Source: Haliotis cracherodii
Lineage: Eukaryota
Assembly (NCBI RefSeq): GCF_022045235.1
Contig: NW_027266264.1
Location: forward strand, 64,294,001 to 64,358,000
Direction: 5' to 3'
DNA: 64,000 bases
Below are positions 38,201 through 49,798 of this stretch, in pieces. Each line of letters opens with the position of its first letter. Position 1 is the first letter of the stretch. Both the position numbers and the translations under genes were made by a program. The notes below the pieces were generated by a model that was given only the letters and a program-made list of their open reading frames with translations, was not told the origin of the DNA and did no database searches.

Positions 38201-41200
38201 TACATTGGAAAACCCTCCCACATCATTTTGACCGCCTTGGTGTATCTGAAATACCACCCAAAGCATCGACAAACCCCCAATCACTGTTTACATGGTTGAT
38301 ATGTGTACGAACATCGAATGTGCCTTCGGCGCACAATAAATAGGGCAATAAAAAACCCAACAAATATCCAAACCATACTTCGATTACACTCATGATTTGT
38401 AGGCATACATACTGGACTAGTGGACACCACATCTACCCTGTAACCCAAATTTCACTCTTTAACTTTATTGGGGATGTGGACAACAGATGTTGTGTCTTCA
38501 TAATTTAACATTCATTGTTGGTCCATTACTTGGGACACGTAACACCAGGCACACTCAATTCCTACGGCTAATAAAGACAGATCCTTGCCTTTTATGGCTG
38601 CATTACTCTATTTTGATATAAAAGTTCGGTTTTATTGCCTCCAGTTTAATGTCAACTCTGGCTCAACGTTTACGATGATACGATGTGTTGATCAAAGATA
38701 CATGGCCTTTGATGAATCCTGGACATTTATTGGGACGTCAGGGTGACGCTCCTGTAGCTACAAAAACTGATTTTTCTCTTCTATTTTGACCATTTGATAT
38801 TCCCATGAAATCTCCTGAAGTAATATTATGGTTCTTTATGGTAACGCTAGACCGTTTGCAACTCAAATTTGACGACTATCGTTGATGGCTAAATTGTCTG
38901 ATGAGAAGAGCCGCAAATGCATGCAAGATTGTTTTGAAAAATTTCTTTTAATATGATATAATCTGTATCTTCAAATCATACACAACATGGTTAGAGCTGT
39001 GTCGTTGTCAGCAATAATAGATAGCTATTGTGTACTCGAGATTCGAACTTGGATTTGTTTGTGAGAGGGAAGCGCTGTGACTAATTGGCTAAGCAATCGC
39101 ATCCCTACACTATCCATTACAGCTTGTGAACAGCTTTGTACAACCCTTCACCGTATTTCTTATGGATGGTGACTAATCTCGGGGGGATTTTCGACTCCGT
39201 ATGACACTATGATTGTGAAAGTCGATTACGAACATTTGTGATCTGTCGAAAACAAAACAAAATCCCTGGTGCTTCAGAAAAATACAATAAACAATTATAT
39301 TAAAGTGTTTCAGTAGAGTACAATAAACACAAGTGTTTCAATAGAAGAAAATCCCTTTGTGTTCAGATGAAAACAATAAACACTAGTGCTTCATTAGAAT
39401 ACATAAAACACTAGTACTTTATTAGAATACAATAAACACTAATGCTTCAGTCGGATTCCATAACCACTAGGGCTTTAGTAGAAAGAATTAACTCTTAATT
39501 CTTCAGTAGAATACAATAAACAATAGCGCTTTAGTAGAATACATCAGACACTTGTACTTTAGTAGAACACAACAAAAACAAGTGAATACAGTAGAATACA
39601 CCAAACATTGGTGCTTCATTGGAATCAATCAAAGATAGGAAACCGATGAAAGCGTCTCCATGCACATGTTTGAACAGTCGAAGTTGTTCAATGCGTCATA
39701 TACTAGTAACTAGTACTTGCTGAAATACGCCTTTTCTTGCACAACATTTTCAATTGCACAACGCTTCCTATTGCTTCGCGTGGGTCTTCTCTTCAGTGCG
39801 TACACTGGTGGTCTTGGGTGTACCATCAAGGCTAAGTGAAAAAGCACGATGAGGAAAGAGACGTTTGTGCCAAGTTATAACCAACGCTCATAAATCACTG
39901 CATGTTATGACGTCACAACCCGGAAGCGGCTAAGGCTAATGCAATTGGACCGAAGTGTTGCTCCAAAACTATCCGATGCAGGGTTAAAACAACGATTCAA
40001 TGATTACAGAAAAATCTTTTTTCTTTTTCTTTTCAATGCATTTCTATTACGAACGGTATATTTTGGTAATATAAGGAATGATTCACGTTACTTACTCAGA
40101 ATATATTCATTAAGCCGCATATTTTACAGTTGATAGAGCTTTATGCAATAGTCACCGATATTCACTCTATATTATGGTGATTTGTAGGATGCGTGCCTTG
40201 ATTGAAGCAGACAAATCAAGGGTATTTGCATGGGTTTCTTTTCATAGTGTTGAGGTACGACGACAAAGTAATCAAACATAATCTCGCTTCAGATTGGTGT
40301 CATGTGTTTAAGCATCAATATATGTCATCGGGTGCAGTGACCAACGAAGTCATCTAATAAAATTCAATCAAATTCTCCAGTGTATGGACTTAACGTCATG
40401 TATATCACAATTTCATAGTTTTATGCATCCAGTGTGGTATGCATGGGTATACGTTGCTGGTACCTAATCTACCCCGTGATCCCCCGAACAATGGGTCAGC
40501 GTCGCCCTGATGTCATTGTTACAGTAGTAAGTCAACTCCTGTATGATTCATGAGATTTCAATCAAGTACGGCGACCATATACCTTGAAACGCATTGTAAT
40601 ATACACCGAGAAGGTTGGCATGAATGAACTAAAATCTCAGAGTAACCAATACAAACCCTAATCCACACTTTCCTTCTCTTAGACAAAAACCTACTATATT
40701 TTGTGGTGTTCGGATCATGTATCATGGTTTTCATTTCAAGAAAACACCTGCCTATATTGAACAATTCTGCAAAATGTACTATAATATATACATAAATACC
40801 AATATATTTATGTATATACAGGAAAGAAGCATAAAAAACAAAAAGTTTATGGCAATGAAACTGAAACTTCATCTGCTCGAATTATGACACACCCAATGAA
40901 AGACATATAAGCGATTTCAACGAGGAACTTTGTTTTATAGCATTAATGTGGAAGAGATACATTCTTGTTCTCCTACTTCCTCCTCCTTCCAGCTGAAAGA
41001 TCGAGCCCCAAGCTTGTCTGTGGTGTTCGGCTTTGATGTATCTTTAAACACGTCTGTAATTGATAATGTTTTCCCATACCTTCGCCGCATCACATGTGCT
41101 TCCCATATGCAGTTGTGAGCTATCTTCTTAATAGGCACGTACTCTTAAGTGAGTATTGTAAGAAAGGGTAGAGTACAGTATTTCCATTACAAAAATGATA

Positions 41201-44200
41201 ACTTACAAATTAATTAGTCATTAAAAGGGTGACTGTAAACCGTCTGCTTTAAAACGGAATATTAATAACACATAAACCTCTCTTATACAGTTGCATTAGC
41301 ATATAATGTTTTGACCTCAGTGTGCTGTATATGATGTTGGACGCCCAATAGCAGGAAAAGCTTGATCAATGAGACACGTGTATATTGTTCTTTGCCATCT
41401 TCGTCTGTATTGACGACCCATACTGCTGGTTCAACAATATATACTAAAAAAAGAATATGACCACTTATACATTCATACATTAACATGATACAAACTTATC
41501 CTTCAACATTATACGCTATAAGCATGAGACTCGCCATGTCGCTGGTCCAATTTACACTATGAACATGAAATATACAATGAAGATTGGTTCAACAGTTTAC
41601 ACTATGAACATGAAGTATATCATGCAGATTGGTTCAACAATTTACATTATGAGCATGGGCATGTTGTTTCATCTTCGGACTCTCAATATTATTTCGAATA
41701 TGTCACCATGTTCTGTTCTAGGTTTGTGGCAATTCCCAGACCAGATAATGTGTTTCTTGCATGACATCCGCGAAGCATACACTTCTGCCACGTGAGCACT
41801 CGCAGACCCACACACCTGTTGACCCTGGGCTTACACCCCATTAGGCAATACTGGGAATATGCCCTCATCCCCCCTTCCTGCTCCCCAGAGTCATTCAGCA
41901 GTCATTACTGTAGCGTACACTGTGTCACTGCGGCAGGCTCGAACATTCCGATGTGGGACATACCTGGAGGAGCTGTAGGAAGAACGAGGGATATCCAACA
42001 TGTCACTATACTGTCAGGAGTTGGAGTGGTGTACGTGTCAATTTAACGGTGGGTTGATGGAACAGGTTACTGTGACACAGCGGTGTGAGTTACTTAGGTT
42101 TCCTTCCAGTACCATTGGCCATAGCATCGAACTGAGTTATGATGATGAGATTATGGAAGTACAGCAAAACTAAGCGAAAGTATTGGAGTATATCTTGTGC
42201 AGCAAAGTAAATATATATTTTAAGACGATTTGTCATGAACTAATAGGTAATTGTATAGGTTGCTGGTTTTATACCTACTCGCATATTCTAAGTCTGTTGT
42301 TTGAAGATATAAGGGGTATTAAATGTTATTTGACTTTAGATGTACCTACAGCTACAATGAGGCAATATGACTATGTGTGCAGTACACTATGAATATGAGA
42401 CTCACCAGATACCTGGTTCAACAATACACACTATAAACATGAGGCTACTCCTTTTGCTGGTTCAACAATACACACTATGAACATGAAACTATCCAGATTG
42501 CTGGTTCAACAATATACACTATGGACATGAAACTATCCAGATTGCTGGTTCAACAATATACACTATGGACATGAAACTATCCAGATTGCTGGTTCAACAA
42601 TATACACTATGGACATGAAACTATCCAGATTGCTGGTTCAACACTATACACCATGGCCATGAAACTATCAAGATCGCTGGTTCAACAATATACACTATGG
42701 ACATGAGGCTATCCAGATCGCTGGTTTAACAATACACAATATGGACATGAAGCTATCCAGATCGCTGGTTCAACAATATACACTATGGACATGAGGCTAT
42801 CCAGATCGCTGGTTCAACAATGCACAATATGGACATGAAACTATCCAGATCGCTGGTTCAACAATATACACTATGAACGTGGGGCTATCCATATCGCTGG
42901 TTCAACAATACACAATATGAACATGAGGCTATCCAGATTGCTGTTAAAACAATATACACTATGAACATGAAACTATCCAGATTGCTGTTTCAACAATATA
43001 CACTATGAACATGAAACTATCCAGATTGCTGTTTCAACAATATACAATATAGTCATGAAACTATCCAGATCGCTGGTTCAACAATATACAATATAGTCAT
43101 GAAACTGGCCAACAATACCGATTAATCCAACCATTCACCATATCCAAAAGCTAAAATGGAAGTGATAAATAATATTTTAAAGTAATATTGATATGTTTCA
43201 AGTGAAAATAGTGGCCATGGGGCCGCCTGTGGTGCTCATCTACGGATCAGTTCCAAGAGGCCTGAATTCGGTTGTATCTTGACATTGATACATCTGCAGC
43301 CCCAGCTACACCTTACCATATCACTAACTCACATTCTCAGAAGTATATGTTCGCCTAATACTAATGAACTATCATGTAGAGTAAGGTTAAACTAAGATTT
43401 GTCAACAGGCACAACAACCCGAGTTCTTAAGTATCGAATCAAGTAATAATCTGTGTCAAAACAACATAGTTTCATATACATCCCGAGAACGCACAACCAC
43501 AGATGGCTTCCGTTTCCCAACAGCTGTGCTTATGGATCAGCTCTTTCACTTCAGCCATATGTATGCCCCAACGTATACAGCCATAAGAATGACAATACTA
43601 ACACATTGAAACAGATACATCGTTTCTTTCAATGTAAGGCATTCTCTTGAGGAAGTTGTGGATATTATTGTTATTATGAAACTAAACTTTCCAATTACAG
43701 TGATAGAGAAATGGGGAAATACTACGTCCACTCGATAAACATAGTGAATGATGGGTGAGATATCTAATATTGCCAATACATGAGCCAGTACTGGATGTAT
43801 TTCACGAAAATAACCTTCTCACTGAAGACATAGATCATACATGTGATGATACGTGATGCAGCCTTACTGACGTGAAAGTGTTCGATCTGTGCTCTTAATA
43901 TATTAATGACTAATATAAACATGCGCAATGAGGAAGCACCTGACATACACAAAGACCCAAGTTAAATATGCCGTTGCCATTATATATAAAAATAATAAAA
44001 CTGTTCAATAAGGCCAAGTACAATACATTGATTGGCTAACGCTTAGGTATCCACTCTGCAAATATATAGCCTAAATAAGGATCATCAGTGGTAAGGGCAA
44101 CTCATACCCCAACTGATTTACAAGGAAACCAAATATACGATAACTAGCCAGCTGATGAGGAGTAGGCGCTAATATGATGATTGAATGTGTGATGTCCATC

Positions 44201-45938
44201 TGACTAATCCACGGCTGTCTCCAGGGTTGAAATCCTGCTTGTCGCACTGCCCATGTCGCGGCTGCATGTATTGATCTGCATGTGCTATCATTACCACTTT
44301 CATTCACACACACATGTCTGGTCGTAGGCCATGCTGGAATAGGCAACTGACTAGATGTCATGAACATGTTGCCATTGTTTCTGGTTATTTCAGTATTGAG
44401 ACCAAACTATGTCTGGATCCATGGACTTTTAGGAATAATGCTTAATGTATGTGTAAACAAACACCGGGGTGAGGGTCAAATTGACTCAAGTTTGTAACGA
44501 AGATGACACAAATAAATGCTTTTCTCAAATAAGGATTACCTTTATACGAATACACATACCATGTAATTATGCCTATAAGAGAATTCTTAATTGGTTCTGT
44601 GTTTCAATACATACAAAAAGAATTTTCTAATGATGTTATTAGAATGAGTGTTTTGGATGATAAGATGCATCTGGTACTGATCAATTCTGACCCATAACAC
44701 CATCAGTAAACATATAAATAGGTATCTGAATCTTTACAAAATGCGAACAGTCATTAACTATTTTTGGCACATATGCAATGATGATTTATCGTGTAACAGA
44801 TATGTGATATTACCTACATTCATAACAATGCATGTTCAACCACGACAGCCCTGTCTGTAGCAGACATCCAAATTAAACATATATACAGTGGAGCCGAATA
44901 CTTATCCTATCAAAAGCCACATCTCGCATTTGACCCCGGATCTTGTGCATAAGCGTACCATAGTGACAGCAATGTAGCATCGAGTTCAGCAAGTATCTCG
45001 GATGGATGATAAACTCAGATATGTTAACGATTTCCTCGTTGTTCGCTGTATATTCAAAAGCCCTCAATCTAGTGGAGTGATGGGACGATTGTAGTAAAGA
45101 CTTTGTGTAGCAACCATCATCGGTCAATACTGGAGTTTAGAGTCTCACAGCTTAGACACTGCGTGGTCTTCTCAGCGCCTTAGTATTGAGAGACTAGCAC
45201 AACATGTCTGTCATATATCCCTGGTAGCGTATACAGCACACACGATGGCTTTATTGCGTCGACGCGCATGTTTCTTTATGTACACTATCTTATTAAGCAG
45301 TAGTGAAAATGTGCATGAATTGTGATTGTATCAGTGTGTACCATATGAAAGTCTATCGTTCTAGTCATTAAAAATAATAGCCCTCCCCTCAACGTGAAAC
45401 TTTATCCTAATGGAGGGATTGATTGAACCCAAGGGCTGGCTATTGATCAATTTATAGCATGCTAATATAATGAACGGTCGTGTCTTCAACATTTGTTCAC
45501 ATGTGACATTAAACATTGCCGCGTTTACATTTTGCCGACGCTCACAGCCAAATTTACTCCAGTCAACATAAATTCCGAGGCAATATTCGTAAACACATCA
45601 CATAAAGTAAATGGCGACTTCAAGTTAGAAAGACATCTGATCCAACCACAACGGCCCACAATGATAAGGTCAGTTTGGCCGTGTTTTGGTTCCGAGGGAA
45701 AGAAAATGGGTGAAGCTATGGACGCTGCGAGATGCTAAGCGTCAAGGGGATGAGTGTGCGAGGGAGAGCGGTGATTATTGTGAGGGCTTGAATCAATGGA
45801 AGTTGGGAAGAGATGGCGCTACAAGGGTGGCATAACTAAGTCTCTCTTACCTCGCAACTCGTACTGCTCTTTGGCTTCAACTAAAACACTGATCAGCGTC
45901 ACCGCAGCTAACAGTAATCCCGAACTCTCGATCTGCAT
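24781..45938 (-). CDS. nAChRbeta1: Nicotinic acetylcholine receptor non-alpha (beta1-like) subunit, 6 coding exons, 503 aa
   Basis: Exons of 88+134+45+110+973+162 = 1512 nt join in frame with GT-AG introns. Signal peptide, Cys-loop CTIDVAYFPFDQQEC, WTPDIVLFNNADG, M1-M4. No vicinal CC in loop C (non-alpha). GEK before M2 (cation type). M2-M3 ISILLALVVFLLLVSKILPP..PLIAKYLLFTFIMN closely matches insect beta1 as recalled. Confidence 0.93.
25282..26254 (-). CDS. nAChRbeta1: nAChR exon 5 (Cys-loop, M1-M3, intracellular loop)
   Basis: Lies within ORF 25063..26271. Acceptor ccttcag|C GCC GAC, donor GAA ACA|GTAAGG; 973 nt. Confidence 0.97.
27052..27161 (-). CDS. nAChRbeta1: nAChR exon 4 (110 nt, loop A)
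   Basis: ctgttcaag|TAC, encodes YWNDTQLFWNTAEYGNIDSIRIRPESVWTPDIVLFN, AA|GTGAGT; canonical 110-nt exon. Confidence 0.95.
27515..27731 (-). mobile_element. SINE family D remnant in intron 3
   Basis: ACGCTCTATCCACTCGACCACGGAGGCGGTC is the reverse of the head at 2574. Confidence 0.5.
28660..28704 (-). CDS. nAChRbeta1: nAChR exon 3 (45 nt, loop D)
   Basis: ttttctttcag|GAT, encodes DEKNQVMKTNVWLQM, ATG|GTAAGG; canonical 45-nt nAChR exon. Confidence 0.95.
28899..28963. repeat. (TG)n microsatellite
   Basis: About 32 units. Confidence 0.98.
29297..29538 (+). mobile_element. SINE family B in intron 2
   Basis: GGATCCGGCATAGAATTG, CCCATGCTTGT..AAGAGGCAACTAACG, ATCACTGGGTTGTCTGGTCCAGAC, AAAC tail. 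Confidence 0.8.
31695..31817 (-). mobile_element. SINE family A, internally deleted
   Basis: TTTTAGCAATATTCCAGCAATATC; GAAATCGAACCC..CGGCGTGACGGGCGAACGC. Confidence 0.75.
31994..32127 (-). CDS. nAChRbeta1: nAChR exon 2
   Basis: Acceptor ctgtttcag|CG, encodes ANQDRLVYDLFTKNGYNPLIRPV...QLSQIISL, donor CTG|GTAAGT; 134 nt, phase 1 to 0. Confidence 0.95.
32193..32755. repeat. (CAT)n run plus 12-bp CATCTACATCAC-type repeat tract
   Basis: (CAT)n at 32193-32238 and a degenerate 12-mer array at 32325-32755; source of the His-rich and Asp-rich ORFs. Confidence 0.92.
32805..33122 (+). mobile_element. SINE family B retaining a tRNA-like head remnant
   Basis: B-box GGTTCAACTCCC at 32831, core TGTCGTAAGAAGCGAC, tail AGCTGGAATATTGCTGAGTGCGGCATTAAAC(AAAC)n. 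Confidence 0.8.
34578..34590. promoter_or_regulatory. RFX X-box-like motif in a CpG-rich intronic patch
   Basis: GTTGCCTAGAAAC inside GCCCTCGCGCC..GCACGCGCGG.. Confidence 0.35.
35560..37628. repeat. 53-bp minisatellite array in intron 1
   Basis: Unit GTCTTGGTTTGTCATGTAGTATATGAGTGGATC(C/T)CCTTACATACAACATCAAT; homogeneous at 36230-37628, degenerate ~55-60-bp units at 35560-36230. Confidence 0.95.
39262..39625. repeat. Degenerate ~29-bp minisatellite
   Basis: Recurrent CACTAGTGCTTCAGTAGAATACAATAAA. Confidence 0.8.
41425..41660. repeat. Degenerate outlying copies of the 44-bp repeat
   Basis: CTGGTTCAACAAT.TACACTATGAACATGAA units. Confidence 0.7.
41700..42050 (+). mobile_element. Possible very decayed Tc1/mariner transposase C-terminal remnant
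   Basis: CFLHDI..AYT, PSCSPE and EH..MWDIPG in the order expected for HDNARPH, SPDL and IEHVWDILG; frames are broken. Confidence 0.3.
42385..43110. repeat. 44-bp minisatellite array, ~16 copies
   Basis: Unit CTGGTTCAACAATATACACTATGGACATGAAACTATCCAGATTG. Confidence 0.95.
45851..45938 (-). CDS. nAChRbeta1: nAChR exon 1 (signal peptide)
   Basis: ATG at 45938 encodes MQIESSGLLLAAVTLISVLVEA-KEQYELR: hydrophobic core plus VEA cleavage motif. Ends at phase-1 donor G|GTAAGA, matching exon 2. In-frame TAG upstream. Not in the ORF track. Confidence 0.8.
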
Positions 45939-46370
45939 AGTGCATGATCTCTCCAACTCCGACTATCACTCCGAGTCAACATAACCTATTACTACAGGTT
46001 TTAAGGTCGGTTGTTGTTCGGTGTGTCAAGACACTCAGTACGCATGCGTCAAGGTACTTCCTGTAAAGTTTATAGTTCCCATGACAGCACGTGCTTCGGA
46101 ATATCAAAGTCAGTTAGCTGGATGGAAACTGTTTGGTTCAGGCAGTGACACAGTGGGATATATGCATCTATTGAATATTGCCTAAGCGTCCTTTTTCGCC
46201 GTATGCTTCGTTCGTGTGTGCGGTGCGGTTGATTCAAACTTGTGGGGGAATGGCGAGAGCTAGCAGAGGAAACAGCCGGCGGGCAGAGTAAGCAGGATCT
46301 CGCTGATGCTGCAGGAGTTAGCCACGTGGGCGCTATGTTGCCACGGGCACGCCGACTCGGGAGCACTCAA
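45939..46370 (-). promoter_or_regulatory. Probable 5' UTR / proximal promoter of the nAChR gene
   Basis: Locally GC/CpG-rich stretch immediately upstream of exon 1, with a CACGTG E-box near 46323 and an ACGCATGCGT palindrome near 46040. TSS cannot be determined. Confidence 0.45.
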
Positions 46371-46719
46371 ACATACATGATATATACATAGATTGATGAC
46401 ATGGAGAAGGACATCTGTTTTTTAAGTGGATTGGGGTAACTGTAAAGGGTAAAATGGAAATTAATCATATGCATAAGTTGGTGTGTGATTAGATAAACCA
46501 AGGATGTTTCCATTGTTTTCGTGATCATGAGGATACTTTTCATGAGGATTATGTTTAAATGCATGGGCTGTTGATGCACTTCAAACGAGACCATTGTCAT
46601 TGTCATATCGATCACTACAACATGAACATTTGCATCTTTCAGTATTAATTACTTCCTCTAAGGATATGATTATGATAACTACAAACTTGAGTTACCTCAT
46701 AGGATAAGATACTTCGATG

Positions 46720-46910
46720 CCACCTAAAGACGATCGAGCGCCCTAATGATCGTGGGTTCGAATCCAAGATTCTCCCTGATTATGATCCCTTGTTTTAATT
46801 TAACCCCGTGCTCGTGGGTTCTACTAAAGAGGAACAGCTGAGACCCGCATCACTTCGGGCTTTCATCCCACAATAACACTGTTGAAGTGGCATTAAACAA
46901 AACTCACTTC
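46720..46910 (+). mobile_element. SINE family C, diverged
   Basis: GTGGGTTCGAATCC, CCCGTGCTCGTGGGTT, CTGAGACCCGCATCACTTCGGGCTTTCATCCCACA. Confidence 0.75.
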
Positions 46911-47559
46911 TTTCACTGTAAGTCCCCAAGTTTATTCAACTAATAATTATCACTACATGTTATTTTGTTTGATAAATACCATCTTTGTAAATAATGCAAA
47001 CCTTTAATTTCGATTATCCGAGGTATCCATCGAAATTAACAAACAGTAACAATTAACGTTACATCAAATTCATAAACAATAACAGGAAGAATTGTTTGAT
47101 AGGCATTGCTTAGAAGTTGACGGATGACAAGGTAGGCGCAATTTTAGGAAGTCCAACATTTCAAAGATAAACATTAATCGCAAAACATGATCTGAAACAT
47201 TGTAAGTTTTGACAGCATATTTGTGTGCAGGGAGCACCTTCTAACTACAGTATCGTTATCCGACCCCTGAGGCTCCCGGGGGAATGTTTCCTGAATGACT
47301 CGCCTTCCCCTGTGAGTGCCTAGGTACTTTGAATACATCAAAAGCTAGTCATCGAGCTACGGGGGGTAATTCCGGGAAGGATTATCATACTGTGGAATTC
47401 CAGACATTGGTAGGTTGTAAGGCACCTAATGCAATCTACAAATAAAACCGTTGGTCAGGTTGTCGTTGGATTAATGTCCATGTTGATTTCATGAAAACAT
47501 GTTGATAAGCGGGTTAACTTTTGTCATGACATGTCACTGTGCACTTACTGAATTAACAA

Positions 47560-47690
47560 GGGTAGCCTTGTGTCCTCGTCGCGACGAAGGCCTGGGTTCG
47601 ACTGCCCACACTGTGACGCCCAAGCATGTCTTGTGTACCCCGCCGTGATATTGCTGTTATATTGATGGACTCAGCGTGAAGTTAACACAT
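47560..47690 (+). mobile_element. SINE family A, diverged
   Basis: GGGTAGCC..CTCGTCGCGACGAAGGCCTGGGTTCGAC..CCCCGCCGTGATATTGCTG. Confidence 0.7.
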
Positions 47691-48317
47691 GTGTTGATAG
47701 GGTGCATGTAAAGTGTTTATGAAACATACATCGCACCTTGACGCCTTCCTTATTGTTTACACTGAATTAGTTGTGTCGAATTATGTTTTGTCATGTTGCA
47801 ACTATGTATATATATTGGTCGTTTAAGATTTGGATATCGAGTTAGTGAAAGAGCTAGTTTGACTCCTCTTTAGACAACATGTCAGATATAATTCTCATTT
47901 TGACATAGATGCTGTAACACAGGTGAATCCTAAGAACACGAAATGTAGTGCTGACAGACCAAAGATTATGTTCTAGATTAACATTGGATTCGAACCCACG
48001 ATTAGCGGATCCTTGCACGGTTAAGGGACTCAACACTATTGACCATAACGTAGGAGGCATGTAGTTTAGGAAATATACCTGTTCCTGAATACAATTAAGA
48101 TCTAAACAATTATTTGATTGTGGGTCACGTGTTAAACTAAGCAGACATTTATTTTGCCCAACAAATCCACATATACTGGGCTCATATGTCCACAGCGCCC
48201 ACAGGATTTAGACATTATTGTAACTAGTGCATTGAATGATATTGAGTCGTTGTCTTAGTTTAATCAGGACACCGTTTAAGTTTATGATTGACTGTTGACC
48301 AGATTACTCAGACGATC

Positions 48318-48545
48318 ATCCGTGAAGATTTGGATTAGAATTGGTCTTCAGCAGCTCATGCTTGTCGTAAGAGGCGACTAACGGGAACGGGAGGTCAGGC
48401 TCGCTGACCTGTTTGGTACATGTCATATATATATATATAGTATCAAAGTTGCTTAGATCGAGGCTCATGATGTCAATCACTGGATTGTCTGGTCCAGACT
48501 CGATTATTTACAGACGCCGTTAACAGCAAACAAACAATAAACCAA
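48318..48545 (+). mobile_element. SINE family B
   Basis: Intact core CATGCTTGTCGTAAGAGGCGACTAACGGGA, ATCACTGGATTGTCTGGTCCAGACTCG, AAAC tail. Confidence 0.88.
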
Positions 48546-49798
48546 CACAACTAAGACGTTGTTCCGTGATAGCAATTTGAGCTGAAACTCATTTCTAAAT
48601 CCACACAATATCTTTCATAGAAAGTAACACAAACAAACACTGTAAATCCCCAGACAAGACTTTGATATTGAATGTAGAAGGCAAATAGGGCGTTCGACCA
48701 TGACTCAATCCTCCTATCAATTTTATTGTGAATAATGTAGTGTGAAGCACAGCCTGTTAGACAGCCCCAGCTGTGCCTGACGACCAGCTGTTGTGTTCCC
48801 CGCCCTACCGTCGTGCATTTTGCCGTGATTACCCCAACCCCAACTCCACGCTCAATTAATGATCACATTCCGCTAGAATTGACATGTAAACAAATTAGAT
48901 TTATGTTGCGGCATGGGGCAGATGTAATTGACATATGTCAGTTATGTTGGAATATTTTATCCCCAAAATCAATTACAAGCTTTCACATTCCTTTCACGTG
49001 AAACATGAGCTTGATGCGAATATGAATGAAAAGTCGTTCAAGAAGGAAAAAAACACAACTGAAATGTGAGATCAATGTTAGACATGTTTTCATATGAATA
49101 TAATATTGAATTTTTATGTGAATGAAACTCTCGATATGATGACGCAGTAATGACATACATGTATCATAGTGGTTATGCAACTTCTATTCGGGGCAGTGGA
49201 GTAACTCAGTGCCTGAAGCTAAATCGTTCGCCCATCTCTGGGTCCTCCGTTGTGATATCTTGTTTCACTTACCCCTTCACTCGCTCGCTCACTCGTCACC
49301 TTAATATTAAGTTAGAAATATACTTATCAGCTAAAAATCACCATAACTAAACTTTGCACTCTTAAGGCGTGCTATATACATAGTACCTATCTAGTTATAT
49401 GTGCTAACCATATTTTCTGTGTTCTAATCACAACCATACTTGTGAATATATACCGCGCAGCTGAACAGATGAGCGTGCATTTGGCTGCCTGCATCCAATT
49501 CGCGATCAATTAACGACATCAATGTCAAATCGGTGAGTCATGATTTTGGGGTGATCACGCTCGAATGATCATAAAGCGGTAATATTAGCGCTGATAGCCA
49601 TTACATTCTAACTATTGGACCAAAATATTACAAGAGACATGACCTCAGTAATCAATGTAAACAATGCTGACACCAGGTGTTCCCGAGCACATGTTCCCGA
49701 ATTCCACGAGTGTTCTTGTCCTGCACCCGCCGTGAGTGAAGGCGCTGTCATGACACAGTTTATCTTAGAAATAATCCGTGAACAGTTAAATATAAATA

